Source of the DNA: the human T2T-CHM13v2.0 reference genome, Homo sapiens
Length of the DNA stretch: 64,000 bases
Assembly: GCF_009914755.1 (NCBI RefSeq)
Contig: NC_060929.1
Strand: one strand, 5' to 3'
Shown: positions 1 to 14,460 of the stretch, piece after piece
Numbering within the stretch: the stretch's first letter is position 1
Layout: each line of letters starts with the position of its first letter
Position numbers and translations under genes: made by a program
The notes under the pieces: model-generated
What the model was told of the DNA's origin: nothing
The model's database searches: none
Seen by the model: only the letters and a program-made list of their open reading frames with translations

Positions 1-1251
1 CTGTAAACAAGCCTAATGAAGTGTGACTAATAGTGCTCTCCTCCAGCACAGGGAAGGTAAAAGGGCCTTTGTTAGCACTTACTGGAGCAAAGTCGTCATT
101 TTGCTGGAGCAGAACAAAACTTAGCTGGTTATTGATTGACCAGCCTGCTCGGTGTCACTGCTTTACTGTCTATTTCTATATACTCTGTGTGTAAATACGT
201 GTGTTTACACAGACACTGAGATCGTCTGTATACACACAGTCACACACAGCCAGCTAACCTTTCTCTGCAAACAGGATGAAGTGTTCAAGGCATCTAACTG
301 AAATCTAATTCCTCTCCGATATTTGTATCTCTTCTAGTCCTTGATATCACCTAACATTTCTCTCCATGTTGTTAGTATCATAGTATCATGAACCTCAATT
401 TCAGGGCCTGTAAACCAACCCTCCCCATGGACACTTAATAGTTTCCGAAGTCACTCTGATTTAACCTGACCTGGTTATTACATTCTAGAGGTGATTTTGT
501 TTTTTCATGAATTCAAAATTGCTGCTGTTTCCTTTCCCCATTTCACTGATCAATTCTGAAACTCCTGAAATTTGGCTCCAAATGTTAACTGCTAAATAAA
601 TACTTCATGATGACTTAAATTGTCTTCTTCAATTGACGTTTGTCTTAAGTATTAATATACACAGCAGCGATGTTAGCAGGAAGATCTGAAGTTGGCTCTG
701 ACTTCTTTCTTGGATGACTGAGGAATTCAAGTCAAAACCTGCTTTCCTTGCGAATCTGAGCACAAATTTCCGTATAAATTATTGACTGCACTTTGGCCTC
801 ATCTGAAACATTAGCCCCACAGGCTGATAAGTTCTGACCCCAGGTGGCACATCAGCCCTCTCAGAAGAGGCAGGAACATTAGTGCTTCGCACTGGGGACT
901 AAGGCGTGTGAGCCAATCAATCACACTCTCTGACAGCTTTTACTGCCTCTGTGCATTAGGCCCAAGTCAACCTCCAAGACTCCTATTGTTCGCATTATTC
1001 TCTTATTCTCTGGTCTCATGAAGTTAGGGTTAAGTCCAAGGCTTTAGCAAGAGAAAGGCTATTGTTAGTAACTCAGTCTTTATTGACTCTGACCTGCAGG
1101 GCAGCCGACTTCAAGCCTTTTCCAGAAAGTAATGCACTGTTAATTGCTGCTCATCATCAGCGTGTGTTTTATACACTTCTCTTCACTGAAAGAAAACCTG
1201 ACCAAATATTTCAGCATCCTCCCAGGTTGCCTTGTAATTCTCTCAAGAGTT

Positions 1252-1291
1252 ACAGACACACAGACACACACACACACACAGACACACACAC
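1252..1291. repeat. Interrupted (CA)n microsatellite
   Basis: acagacacacagacacacacacacacacagacacacacac. Confidence 0.9.
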
Positions 1292-2944
1292 TTCTGGACA
1301 AAAATCTGATTTGTACTCGCCACAGTCCCTGAACCAGTAAATCTAATACCAATGCAAACAGAATGTTTGGCTGGACAATGCTAACACTTGGGGGTTGCCA
1401 CCTGGAACAATAAATAAATTTTTTCATGGCAAATATCTGTGGGGATTAGTATATAGGGCAGGAAAATGCCTGATGGAAGAATGAGGTAGAAACCTATTAT
1501 TTCCTTCTGATGTCCTTTGCTTAAAATAACTAAAGATCTTTTTCAGTGGAAACTAGTAGCTCTATTTGTGAGCAGCCAGCAACAGACTGGATAGCCTCAG
1601 GGTGAAGAGTACAGCATTCCATTCAGGCTTCCTTTGAAGAAATTCAGCACTCTAAAGGGGTGGCAGAATTATTGGTCCAAAGGCTTTCCGGTTTTCTTTG
1701 AAAGAGAAAACAGGCAGCCCATTATCTCTTCTTACCCAAACAGGCCTCTCAGGGGAGACAGGAGGGAAAGGCGAGTGGTGTGGCCGTAGAAGGTACACAC
1801 CAGAGCGTCCAGGTCTGTTGCTCACTGCAGTGGGGACCCAGACCTGGCCTACCACACAGCATGCACAAAACCTGCCCCACCCCACAAAACCTTGCTGTTC
1901 AAAGTGGTAAACGACAGGCTACAATGTGAATGCTTCAAGTGAGAAAGCACATGTTGACATTTCGGAAATCAAATTTCTTGGGTTCAGGGAAAAAGCACAA
2001 AAACCAAATGGTTTGGTTTTATACACAGCTTTTGATTGAGAAATTTTCAGCCACAAAAGACTTTGACATTTAGCCAAAGTATTATGCTATTAATACTTTA
2101 TTTAGTACATCTCAGCATATGAATTAGTATATATGAATTAGTGCACACTTTCCCAAACCGGTGAGCAGAAAGCCATTTTAAATTCTGTTCCATTTGTGTG
2201 CTAGATAATGGATTGACTCCAAGATATGTGAAAGTAATACTAAATTTGATAAGCTTTCCAAAAAGGTACTGGTTAGGAGAACAATGCTTTCTGTCTTGAT
2301 AAAGTCTCCTGGTGCGGCCGATTACATTTTCTGGTGCCATTCAGTTCTACTTAATTTTAATATTAGAGAGAATTAGATCAAGGAAACCTAAAATTTGCAA
2401 TTAACCTTTTCCCTTTAAATTGTAGTCCTGTATCTGTAGCTTAAATTTTTAACAAATCCTTAATTTTTAACAAACAAGAATGCAACATCATAGCACATTA
2501 AGCTCATAACTACGATGGGCTAACAGGACCAAAACATATTTTGTAAAGCATTCAAAACAAAATAATAGCCTGTTCTTATATAATGAACTTTCTTGAGTCG
2601 TCCTATTTCTTATAGCCTAGAAATAAGTTAGGAAACAATTCAGAGGAAAAAAAACAAAATATACAAATAGCTGCTGAAAAAAGACACACTACAAATTTTA
2701 AGTCTTGAGTTAATAAAGATGGAAACTGCAGGAGGTCAAAATTGAAATCACTAAAAATGTAAGCCTATGGACAAACTGAACTCAGGATTTGCTCACTGAA
2801 TCTTGGTGAAGTTGAAGTTGGGGCTTCCTCTGAAGCTTAAAAGAAGGCAATTCAAAACTAATAAAATAAGCATTATTTTACACACTAGGCAGTTAACATT
2901 TTTGTTATTGTCCCCAGGGGATAAAGACAGAAAATAAATATTAG

Positions 2945-3175
2945 GAACATTGATTGAGTGCTTTGCTATGCTATGTGTAGGTCGCAAGAATAAGTGTTTT
3001 TTATACAGCTTATCTCATTCATTCCTCAGAGCCTGTGTGTCAGGTCCTTTTATTATTGCTATTTTACTGATGAGCAAAGTAACTCTTGGAAAGCTTAACT
3101 GGCTGACTTGCCCCAGGTCAGAAAGTCAGAGATTTGGAGCACAGGCAGTCTGACTTCTGATACCATACTTCTAAA
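2945..3175 (-). mobile_element. MIR SINE
   Basis: Reverse-complement MIR core (attttactgatgagcaaa...tgacttgccccaggtca...caggcagtctgact). Confidence 0.7.
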
Positions 3176-3344
3176 TGCACTTTATAAGTTTACATAAACT
3201 TATTTATAAATAACACAGTGTCATGAAGGAATGGTGCATGTATGGATGGGGACCCACAAGGCTAAGGTCATCTTGATGATGATAGTGGTATGTTGGAGGC
3301 ATGTGCTGCAGGTGGCAAGCATCTCTTCTCAATACCATGTTCAA

Positions 3345-3646
3345 GGCTGGGCGCAGTGGCTCACACCTGTAATCCCAGCACTTTGGGAGGCTGAGGTGGA
3401 TGGATCACGAGGTCAGGAGTTTGAGACCAGCCTGGTCAACATAGTGAAACCCCGTCTCTACTAAAAATACAAAAAGTTAGCTGGGCTTGGTGGTGGGTGC
3501 CTGTAATCCCAGCTACTCAGGAGGCTGAGGTAGGGAGAATGGCTTAAACCCAGGAGGCGGAGGTTGCAGTGAGATGAGATTGTGCCATTGCACTCCAGCC
3601 TGGGCAACAGAGGGAGACTCCACCTCCCCCCAAAAAAAAAAAAAAA
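3345..3646 (+). mobile_element. AluS (Sg/Sc-like), full length
   Basis: Dimeric Alu with A-tail; target-site duplication aataccatgttca at 3331-3343 and 3645-3657. Confidence 0.97.
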
Positions 3647-5157
3647 TACCATGTTCAGTGACATCACACTGGAAACTTGAAACTGACCACGGTGGTGATA
3701 TAATCACCAAAGAAAACAGCAAATGTTACAAATCAGGGCTCTCTCCCTGCAACTCCCACCACAGAGCCAGGTGTTAAATACTTACTGGCACACCAATGGT
3801 TATAAATTTAATTTGCTGAACTGCCATGCTTCAATCACATGAAATATTAAAATAAAGTACAACAGAGCCAAAAGAGCTCCTGCATTATAATTATGTTCCC
3901 CAGTCAAATATAAAAGTAAAAACTGGAAAGGTGAAAATTGTTCATCAGCTGCTTCTGATATCTTGTAAGTGAAGGAGCCTGTCTCAGTTGGTTCTTTCCT
4001 TTTTTAAAATAATCTGACGATATAGCTGTAAACAATTTGGTTTTATGTATTTCTATTTTTTTATTAGAAACTTTTGTGGAATAAGTAATCTCACAAGTCA
4101 AAGAAATCAGGAATCTTCCTGAGATTTCAGTAGCCATCCAGTTTTACTGGACTATTACAAAAGCAATTGATGAGGTACATTTGTCTCTCACCTGATGTAG
4201 AAGCTCTAAACACAGCCCATAACATGCCCAGCCATGGCAGATCCAGACTGTTGGCCTCTCCCACTACTCCTTGCAGTTTAATGAACAGTCATATCCAACA
4301 AATCTCCTCCCAATAGCCTGCCAGTGGTTATTCTCCCAGACTCTGGGCCCCAAAGAGGGATTTGTCATTGCTTAAAATAAATTTTACAGATGTAATAGAT
4401 AAAGGCAATAAAGAAAACAGAGCTTTTATAAAACAAAGTTGACAGAGCAGAAAGCTATCTCTCCATAATGGGCATGTACGTTTGTGCGTACTAGGTTGCT
4501 TGTGTGTACCAAAGGGAAATAGACAATGAAGGTTAGGAGGCATGAAATGACAGCCTTCTTTGCCTTTCAGGGAACGTAAATTTTATTCACTGAACGTAAA
4601 TCTTAAAGCCATAGTTTTCAATCTGCATGTGTGATCACCAGAAATTGATTTCAAAGAGATACAAAATTATTTAACGTGTTGCTTGGCAATGCAAATCCCA
4701 GGCTAGATAGTCAAGATTGTCAATAGTGGAAAATTCAGATGATGTTTCCTGTTGTGATCCTTGTTGGTACAGATTATTTTCATCTGCCTTTTGGTGAATG
4801 CGCCACTACTGGATGCAATCCATGTCCTCAAGCGGCCCATTGCTTCTAATAGGCACTTCCCTTGTACTAGCTGAAATACTAAAAGATAATTTTCTTTCCC
4901 AGTGTGCTTTTGGGTACCTCATGCTCTCCAAATAATACAAATAGAGTAGTTTCTTTTAAAATGTCAGGTCTTTAGGCTACTAGCAATCATGTACCTGGCT
5001 CCTAATACAAGGGAAAGAAATGGAAAGAAAAAAACTTCAATTTTCTTGCCTTCATAATATAGCAAAGGCACATTCCGCTCCCCCAGCCCTGGAAGATTAG
5101 TAACTCAATGTGACTACTTTTATCACAACTCAAATATCAAAATACAAACTGGGTTTG

Positions 5158-5160
<3 letters not shown>

Positions 5161-5205
<45 letters not shown>
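5161..5205. repeat. (TG)~22 microsatellite
   Basis: Perfect TG run. Confidence 0.98.
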
Positions 5206-5207
<2 letters not shown>

Positions 5208-6104
5208 CATCTGTTTAACAATTTATGGCCTTTAATGCTTAACCCTAGTTAATTAAATTAGCCTAATTTTATGTAAAGACATATTTCAAAATAGAAACTT
5301 GGCAAATATGTAGAAATCCCAGTATGCAAGCATATATTCTATAAAATAGAACACAAAATAATGAAAAAATTTAATAAAAATTGTCATTCCAAAAACACAT
5401 GGTCACAGTAACCAACAATGTAGGTGCGTGGAATCAATATATGAGTAAATATGGCCAGTACAGATGCAGAAGGTATCCTCTGGAGCAGCAGATTACAGAG
5501 ACATAAATTTTCATCTACTTAATATAAATTAGCAATTCAATTCAAAGTAAAAATGAACTGCCTGATCCCTGAGTGCATGAAGTATTTAAGATCAACTCTT
5601 CAAGATAACATCTACTTAGACCGTATTCACAACCCCAGTCATTACATTAAAGAAATAAAGTTATTGGTATGGGTTTGGAAGTTAGGATGGCAGGAGGAAT
5701 GGTGGGGGGCAAGAAATATCTTTTACAAAGCATTTATACATAAAGCACTGATCCCAACTACATGTGTTCCTATAGTTTAATTCCACCTGACCCCAGAGGA
5801 AAGCTGCTTCTGATAATCAGTGAAACTGGGCTCCTGGGGACAGAGTGTTCATTCTGTGCAAGTCCTGCACTGCATTCATCCCCTGAACACAGCTTCCTCC
5901 CACCCCCACCGTGGCTGGAAGAAAACAAGTGGCAACATCAACACCATTGTTGATAACTGTAAGAAGATCTACAAGTAGCAGGGTCTTCGATGTTGAAATT
6001 CCAAATTATAGACAGCATGCTGGCATGCTAATGACAGACACCCCTGTCTCTGCCTAGAACAAATATTATAACACTGGGAATTGCCCTTTTGTTTGTTTAA
6101 TTTA

Positions 6105-6310
6105 ACAAGTGCATATCATGCTGACTATGTTAGGCACTATTCAAAATGTCTTCCAAATATTAACTCTTTTAATCCTCCTAACCACCCAAACAAGAGGTAC
6201 TATATTATGGTATCTCTATCGTACAACCGAGGTACAAGGAAGGCAATAAGTAACTGCCCAACATCACATAGGCAGTAATCTGTGGAACTAGGAAATGGAA
6301 CCCAGTTTGT
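6105..6310 (-). mobile_element. MIR SINE
   Basis: taggcactatt...aactcttttaatcctcctaaccaccc...taagtaactgcccaacatcacat...gaacccag. Confidence 0.7.
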
Positions 6311-6516
6311 GACAATTACCCAGTATTCCCATGTAGAAGACACCGGTGCAAAGAGAGTGAACAGAAGACTCCTGGCCCTCAACTCAAGGGCTTTGCCCCT
6401 TGCTCTAGTTGGTCACGTGCTAAATATACATGACAAGGTACGTGAATCACACAATAAGCTTCACCATATCACATCTAGAACTCATATAAAATAAACACCA
6501 ACAAACAAGCAACAAA

Positions 6517-6642
6517 GGCCAGGCATGGTGGCTCATGCCTGTAATACCAGAACTTTGGGAGGCCGAGGCAGGAGGATTCACTTGAGCTCAGGGGTTTGAG
6601 ACCAGCCTGAGCAACATATGGAGACCTTCTCTATGCTTAAAA

Positions 6643-6673
<31 letters not shown>

Positions 6674-6852
6674 ATATTTTATATATATCTATATATACCG
6701 CAGGATGTAGTGGCTTGCACCTATAGTTCCAGCTACTTACAAGGCTGAGACCAGAGGATCATTTGAGCCTTGAGGTGACTGAGGTTGCAGTGAGGTATGA
6801 TAATGAGACCCTGTCTCAAAACAAAACAAAACACCACACAGAAAAAAAAAAA
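6517..6852 (+). mobile_element. AluJ with (TA)n expansion in the linker (6643-6697) and a right-arm deletion
   Basis: ggccaggcatggtggctcatgcctgtaat...; right arm jumps from gcagtgaggtatgat to gagaccctgtctc. Confidence 0.92.
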
Positions 6853-8092
6853 TCACGTAATTTTCAAGCACAAAAGAATCTTGGAGATCACTTATTCCAT
6901 ATTTGTCCTCCTTATCAAGAAGGAAACTAGGGCCCAGAGAGGTTAAATGGCTAGTCCTGGGCCCTAAAACTAATTGGAACAGAGCCAAAAACAGAGCCCA
7001 AACCACACTTGGATCTCTAACTTTCTTCTCTTCCAGTGATCCTTTGCCCCCACACAGCAGCCTCTGGGGTAGGTGGCCATCAGGACACCAGTTGCCTGGC
7101 TCTCAGCACTTCTCCAGTGAGCATAATGTTCCTTTAACGCCCATCACACAGCTGGGAGGCCTGACCCACGCCCAGGAGCCTTTCGGGAATTTTGCCCCAG
7201 TAAGACTAACACAAAGCTAAGTGATTAGAAATTGCTTTGGAGAATAGGGGGTTTAAGACAAGACTTCCTTGAGGTCTGGGTAAAGAAGGGGCCAATACAC
7301 TAGGCAATAACCAAAGTCCTTCAGTTGGTGACACAGGAAGCAATTCATTTAATCAATCATTCAACCAATTCATTTAATCCTAAACTTCCTCATTAGCAAG
7401 ACAGCCAAACCCAAATGTCTCAGATTTATGGCACATAAAGTAATTGAAGAGAAGGAACCAGAAGACTACCTATTGCAAAGGGCATACTGCTAAAATATAA
7501 CCCATTTAGCACCATATTTAGTGCACTGAGAAGAAAAAAAAAATCGGATGGAGCAGTAGTGACTTTACTGCCTCTGGTAAATATGACCATAGACTTCCTG
7601 GGATAGCACCTTCATAAGACAGGGACACGTGGCAGACAAGAATGAACCTACTGACTCAGCATCCCCCACCGAAATCACATTACAAAATAGAGTTTATCTA
7701 AACTTGCATTGCAAGCCTCTTGCTCTACTTGCTTCATTTTATCACAAGGCTTACATAGCCACTCTGGCTGAAAGGTGGGGGGCTGCATCCTCAGATGCAC
7801 ACTGTCTGTGCTTTCCACAATGGAAGAAGAGGTGTTCTCAGCATGGCATCAGCCACCACACGGCCTGCTCTCATGGAGATGGTTCAGCACCCAGGGACCT
7901 GACGGGAACAGTGGACAGCATACAATACAATACTCAAAACAAATCGGCTGTCCCTGCCAAGTGAACGCTATAGGCTGCAAGGCACTAGCTTATTCCAAAT
8001 GTTAAGAATCAGCTTCCATTTTTGGAGGAACTATAGCGTAGGTTTCAGAACCTGGGTCCCTGGTTCAAAAAATCCATGAATCCCTTCTCCCA

Positions 8093-8129
8093 AACACACA
8101 CAAACACACACACACACACACACACACAC
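8093..8129. repeat. (CA)n microsatellite
   Basis: CA run with one interruption. Confidence 0.92.
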
Positions 8130-10084
8130 TCCTGGAGGATGGTATAGATGGGTTTCATACCTAGGCTTATCAGACTCCTGTGTTTTCCCAAAACTCGCCA
8201 GATGATAAAAATACACCTGAGTCCTTATTACAGATACTAATCCCTAGCTCTCCCCTAAGGATCCAAGGTGATTCTTATCAGAGCCACTAGGCTAACAGAC
8301 TTTAAAGAAAAATGTACATTATACAAACTAAGATATACATAAACTGTGTTGAGTTTTCCCAGGAAAGAAATGGGGAATGATAATTTTGATTAATTACTTT
8401 CCAGTATTTTGGGGACTGGGTTGCAGGTGGGAGTAGGATATATTTGACTATTCCTTTAGAAGTCACTAAGGAGCCTGGAACAAGGCTGAGAGCTTTTTAT
8501 CTGCCTGAGTCCTATGACAGGAGTATTAATACAACAGCTTTACTTGGTTTAAAGAAAGAATTATTTTACCACCCACACTAATCTCTTCTGGCAAGAGGCA
8601 GAATTCTGCTGTGGCTACTCACAAAAGATGACGGAGCCCAGCAATCCTTTCTTCACAGAGATAGAGGGGAATTTGGGACTTTTCAAAATATTAATATAAT
8701 CTCACTTATTAAGATAAAATGATGTGCTAAATAAAGCACTGGAAATTTTCACAAGTGCAGCTATCCTTTTTCTTTCTTTCTTTTTTTTTTTAATGGAAAG
8801 GCTCTATAAGACTGCCCATTTTCACATCATAGCCTAAAATATGAACGTCTTGATATGCTATGTAAATGTGTGCTATTTTACCAGAAGTCAAATAACTGGA
8901 CGAGTCACCACGCAAGATAAAATAAATTGTAGCTAAGAGAAAAAACTAATAGCAAGGCTCGCTTCTTCCTTGTCATAGGCGTGGATCCTCTGCCAGGGAT
9001 GCCTATGTATGACGGTGAGTGTGCCTGAGGGTAACTCCTAACTCCACCTAATCACCCTACTTTAGAATCAGTTAACCAGTACACTTTTCATTAAGTTTAT
9101 CAAAGGCCCTTTCTTTTCTTTTAAAACTATAAGAGACAGAGACAGAGAAAGGAAGGAAGAGAAGCAAACAAGCTTGCCTTTTCTATACCGTTCCATCACA
9201 CAAAACCCTTCTTGTGAGGTCTTCAGAAATAACAATTCAGCAAAAAGTGACAGCAGAGCAACCACTGGGTCAGCCCTTATAAGTCGTTTTCAAAAAGCTG
9301 CTTTCAGTGAATCAATTTTCAATGTTGTTTCAGTTATTCTTAGATAGAAAACTTTCTACCCCCTCCCCTTCTCCTTTGGAAATTTGGTAACCATAGTTTC
9401 TGTATCCTGCTGAGACTTGATATGTAGAGCTGTATTCTACCTGCTATTAAGCTGCTGATAGCAGTGTTTCTGTTGCAATTTATGAGCAATGTCAGCTGAA
9501 GGCAGAGAGTATTGTACACACTATATTTTCCCAGCTGGAGATCTCCGTGAATGGAAAGCAAAAACATGAATACACATGCACTGTGGGCTTGAGGGAATAA
9601 AAAGGCAGAAAAGAGTCAGCAGGCTAAAATCAGGTGGGTGGTCCTGATTATAAACTAAGTAGATAATAAAATATTCAAAGGAAGCTCTAACTAAATAGTC
9701 AGAAATAGAGACACACAATATAAAGAGAAGCCCAGAAAGGTCTTTTTCTGCCTGTGTATCTCCTGCCCAATTCCTAGATCAGTAATGTGCCAAGACTCAC
9801 CTTGCCACCTGGGGTTTTAAATAACTCACCATATCCGAAAGGTCATTTGAAACCACAAAAACAAATCCCATTCCACATTAAGTTTCTAATAACTACTACA
9901 GCACATGGTGAGAACACCAGATTTAATTTCTCAACCTTCTCTTCTAAATGTGTCTACCCACACAATACCTCAAGAGTCAAATTTGTCTCTTTTCCCTTAA
10001 ACAAAAATATTTTATATGGAGAAAGAAACTAGGCTCATCTTTGGGGCTAAGAAACAGGCACATCATACTGTCCTGGGGCTTCTC

Positions 10085-10416
<332 letters not shown>

Positions 10417-10628
10417 TAACAGGCCTCAGAGAAGCCCAATTCTACAGAGAAAAAAAGAATCAAATAATGAATTAAGAAAGTATCCAGGAAAAACATTTTT
10501 AAAAAGTCATTCTTTCCCTAAGAATTCTACCGAGTAATACAACATAAAATATTAATAGGCACCTAGTTAAATAAACTTGATTTAACTCTCTCTCAGCCAA
10601 ATATAATACAGAACTGGTTTGTCTGTGT

Positions 10629-10804
10629 CAGTGATTTCCAATCCTAGTGCTCATTAATTATAAGGGAGGTTTTGTTTCATTTTGTTTTTAAATAACCACA
10701 GCATGGCTGACTCCTAAATATTGTGATTTGGTTGATCTGGATCCCAAAGGCCACTTATTAAAAAAAAGGAATTCTTATGTTTAACCAGAGTTGAAAACCA
10801 CTGG
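10629..10804. mobile_element. MER5B-like hAT-Charlie MITE
   Basis: Terminal inverted repeats cagtgatttccaatc / gttgaaaaccactg, about 175 bp. Confidence 0.6.
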
Positions 10805-12504
10805 CCTATGCTCTTCCTCCATGGAAATAATGAATCTCTAAAGAACTAATAAACTAATCTAACTATGCCCTCAATTACCTCAGTAAGGCTAAGTTGACTG
10901 GGAAACAGGAAAACTGTCTCCTGATACTAAATGAAAAATGCATGCAAAATGAATAATTACAAAAAGCAAAAGGACCTTCACTTATTTTCACTGTAACATA
11001 GTTTAAGATGTTTCTCAAGTAACACTGGAACAGATCTTCAGTATAGTTGTTCAACTGTCTTCCTAATCAGAATTTAGTGTTTTGATTCAGACACTCATCT
11101 CATAGTACCAATAAAATAAAAATACTGAGCCTATTAAATTTACCAAGCCCAGAGCTAAACCAGGGGAAAAGTGATTACCAATTAAATAGCAACATGACAT
11201 TCTTTGAAGGAACAGCCTTTTGATGTTACCTTCTCAAATGCTAAAAGGCAAAACTCTCAGATCTTAACCTTGTTCAGAGGAAGTCCAGAGAAAACAACTA
11301 TGTCTCCTAAAAATTATTTCATCGGAAAAAAGTATGAGCCCAAGTCATTTATCATAGGCTTGTAGTGAGTATGAGGTGACAACAGTAAGTTCCTACTAAG
11401 TTAAGGTGACTCTCAAAGAAACAGGAAAAAAGGGTAACTGCAGTGGACTGGCTATTCTCAAACTGCAGAAAAAACATAACCCGAAAGACTGGGTACATGC
11501 AATTAATACATTTCTGGAGCCTCCAATAGCCAATGAGGGGGCCTAACTTAACTATCAGGTCCCAATACCCACCCCGCATCCCCACCATCAGTATGAGCAT
11601 AGTTTGTGCATCCTTTCAAATGGATTCAGCACAAAGCTGCAAATGCTTGTTATTATTAAACTCAGTGTACTTAACTCACACCAGGAGAACTTTCTCCTAC
11701 AAGAGATTGGAAATCTCTTACAAATGATTAGAAACACCAGACAATATGATGGTTATAGATAGAAATACAGATACGTAGATATCTCTCCCACTCTTAATTA
11801 TTATGCAATTGGTTAACTAGTTGGTGGATTAAGCAGTTTGTACATTTTTTGGACACTGTAAAACATTTATATTTATCCTCCAACCACAAGAGATGGTCTT
11901 AAACTTTTAATTTATTTCCTAGTAAAAAAAATGTATAAACATTCTTACACAATGCTAGGCACATAATAGAATTCGATAGATTCTATTGAATGAGCTCAGC
12001 TTTTCATCTTTTTTTTTGTTGTTCATTTCTCTTTTTTAATATAATACTATATCTGAGTATGTCCTTAAAACAAAAATCATGAAAACAAAATAGAGTTAAA
12101 CACAAACCAGACAACAGCTCAAAATTCAAAAAAGCCTAAATAGAAAATGGAGTAGGGGAGAGGAAACCTCAGGTATAATAAGACTTCTCATCAGTTTTGA
12201 TGCATATTCCTATTATCAAATGCTTATCTCTAAATCGGCTGTTTATTTCAAGGATATATACAGCATGTAGTTTATGATCATTTAACTACAGAAAGAAAGC
12301 AATTATAATTGTTTCCTCACATGGCATAATTTGATGCCTTTTGCTGCTTATATACGTTTTCACTAAATATGAAATTTTTTTTTAATTATTCAAAAGATAG
12401 TATGTACTTGCAAAGCAAGTTTCTCTGCTCAGAGGCAAACCAGGTAAATTATGAGAAAATTCACTCATAAAGATAATAATTCTAGAAGTGGAATATTTAC
12501 TGGG

Positions 12505-12660
12505 CCATGTTCCCCAAACTTGCATTATCATAAAAATCATCGTGGAGCTTGGCATTCCTCTAAACATTCTCCTGTAGATTCTGGTGTGGTATCCAGGAAT
12601 CTGCATTTTAGCAAGCACTACACATTATAGGTAAATTGAATCATCAGGTAAAGTCAGACA
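12505..12660. mobile_element. MER5A/A1-like MITE
   Basis: gttccccaaacttgc...ccaggaatctgcattttagcaagc. Confidence 0.55.
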
Positions 12661-12713
12661 AGGGCTAACCTATCTGTGTCTGGTACTATGTTCAAAGAGC
12701 CCATAATTGAGTG

Positions 12714-12876
12714 CAGTGGTTCAAAAACCGCTGCACATTGGAATCAACTGGGTGGTCTTTTAAGCTTTGATGCTCATACCCATTTAAATCAAATTCTGTG
12801 GAAATGGGGCCCAAATATCAGTAGGTTTTAACTTGCCTAGGTGATTCCAGTGGGCAGCCACATTGGTGAACTAATG
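12714..12876. mobile_element. MER5B MITE
   Basis: cagtggttc...gctgcacattggaatca...ggggccc...aggtgattccagtgggcagcca. Confidence 0.75.
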
Positions 12877-12889
12877 TTCCAGCCTAGTT

Positions 12890-13395
12890 TAGTGGTTCTC
12901 AGTTCTCACTGCTCATCAGAATAACTTGTAGGAAGTTACAAACTAACTCATTAAAAAAATGCATAGACTGCATATTAAATCAATTAATTCAGAATATTTG
13001 ACCATTAGGACTGAGCCAATGCATTTTTTTTCTAAGTTCCTAAAATGATTTTGTGTGTTTGTTTTGCTTTGAGACAGAGTCTCCCTCTATCACCCAGTGT
13101 GGAGTGCAATGGTATAATCATAGCTCACGGCAGCCTCAAACTCCTAGGCTCAAGCAATCCTCCTACCTCAGCCTCCTGAGTAGCTTGGACTACATATATG
13201 CACCACCACACCTGGCTAATTTTTTTATTCTATTATTGTAGAGATAGGATCTTACTTTGTTGACAAGGTTGGTCTTGAACTCCTGGACTTAAGTGATCTT
13301 CTGCCTCACCTCCCCAAATGCTAGGATTACAGGGGTGAGCCGCCACACCCAGCCCTAAAATGACTTTAATATGCAGTCTAGATTGAGAAGAATGG
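12890..13395. mobile_element. MER5B-like MITE split by an Alu insertion
   Basis: tagtggttctca start; resumes after the Alu as tgactttaatatgcagtctagattgagaa. Confidence 0.6.
13049..13354 (-). mobile_element. AluJ
   Basis: Reverse Alu; TSD ctaaaatga at 13040-13048 and 13355-13363. Confidence 0.93.
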
Positions 13396-14169
13396 GCCTA
13401 ATCGATTCTAAGGTTAATCAAAAGTATTTAAACAACTTAATAAGCTTTTATCCAAACACGCTTTCTCTGCAAAGCACATGACTATGTTTGCCAAATACAA
13501 CAACTAATTAAAAACAAATAAATTAAAAACAAAACAGTCTCTCCTTTGAAGGAGACTGCAACTCAGCTAGTCAGATAAAAATACACCCTGATGAAAAAAC
13601 AAGAGGATATTAAAGAGTATCAGCAAGGGTGAAATTTACAGAAGGCTGAACACCTAAGTGCTAAGAAGAAAACTAAAAATGTTATTAGTAAGTTTCCAGT
13701 ACATGTTAGCTAAGTGACAAATCATTCAAACGTGTGCAAATTCTTGACAAAAATTACTCAAGCTGACTTGGAGATCATGGATTTGAAATATAAAGTCTTC
13801 TGGAGCCTTCCAACCTAACTGATCCTTTTCTATTTGAAGACTGCTTTCTTCCTGCAGGAAAATTTACAAAAAACACTTTCAATCCACATTCCCTTCACAA
13901 ACATTTAGGCTAGTATGGCCAGTGGCAGTTTAGGTATCTGTAACACATTCTCATAATAATGTTTCCATTTTTTATAGCAATATTGTATCCGTTAATATTT
14001 TATGTTTACTAAATCCTTAATCCCATTTTATAGACAGAAAAATAAGGCCTAAAGAGTTTAATGACTTGTTTAAATGACTCTTGTCCCTGTCAGGATTCAT
14101 TCCATGAGACTACGGCCATCATTTTTTTAGAAATACCCTTAATCTATCTGTTATTTAAGGGAAATTCAC

Positions 14170-14460
14170 TTTCTCCATCCATTTTTATGCTCTGCCCCCT
14201 CACGGCGTTAGGCACTTCTAGGTGCTTGGAATACAGTAGCGGACAAGACAGACTCCATGCCCACATGGGGCAAGAGAGATAATAACCAAGCAAGCAGCTA
14301 TAATTTTAAGTACTAAATTCTTGATGAAAATAAGGCAAAGGTTTAGGAAGTAATAGGAGAGAGACTATTTTGGAAAAGGGAGTCAAGAAATGCCTTTCTG
14401 GGAGGTAGTATCTCTGCCAAGAGCTAAAAGACATGAGACAGCTGGCCACACAAAGGCCTG
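14170..14460 (-). mobile_element. L2 3' fragment
   Basis: taggcacttctaggtgcttggaatacagtagcggacaagacagac...gtcaagaaatgcctttctgggaggtag. Confidence 0.6.
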
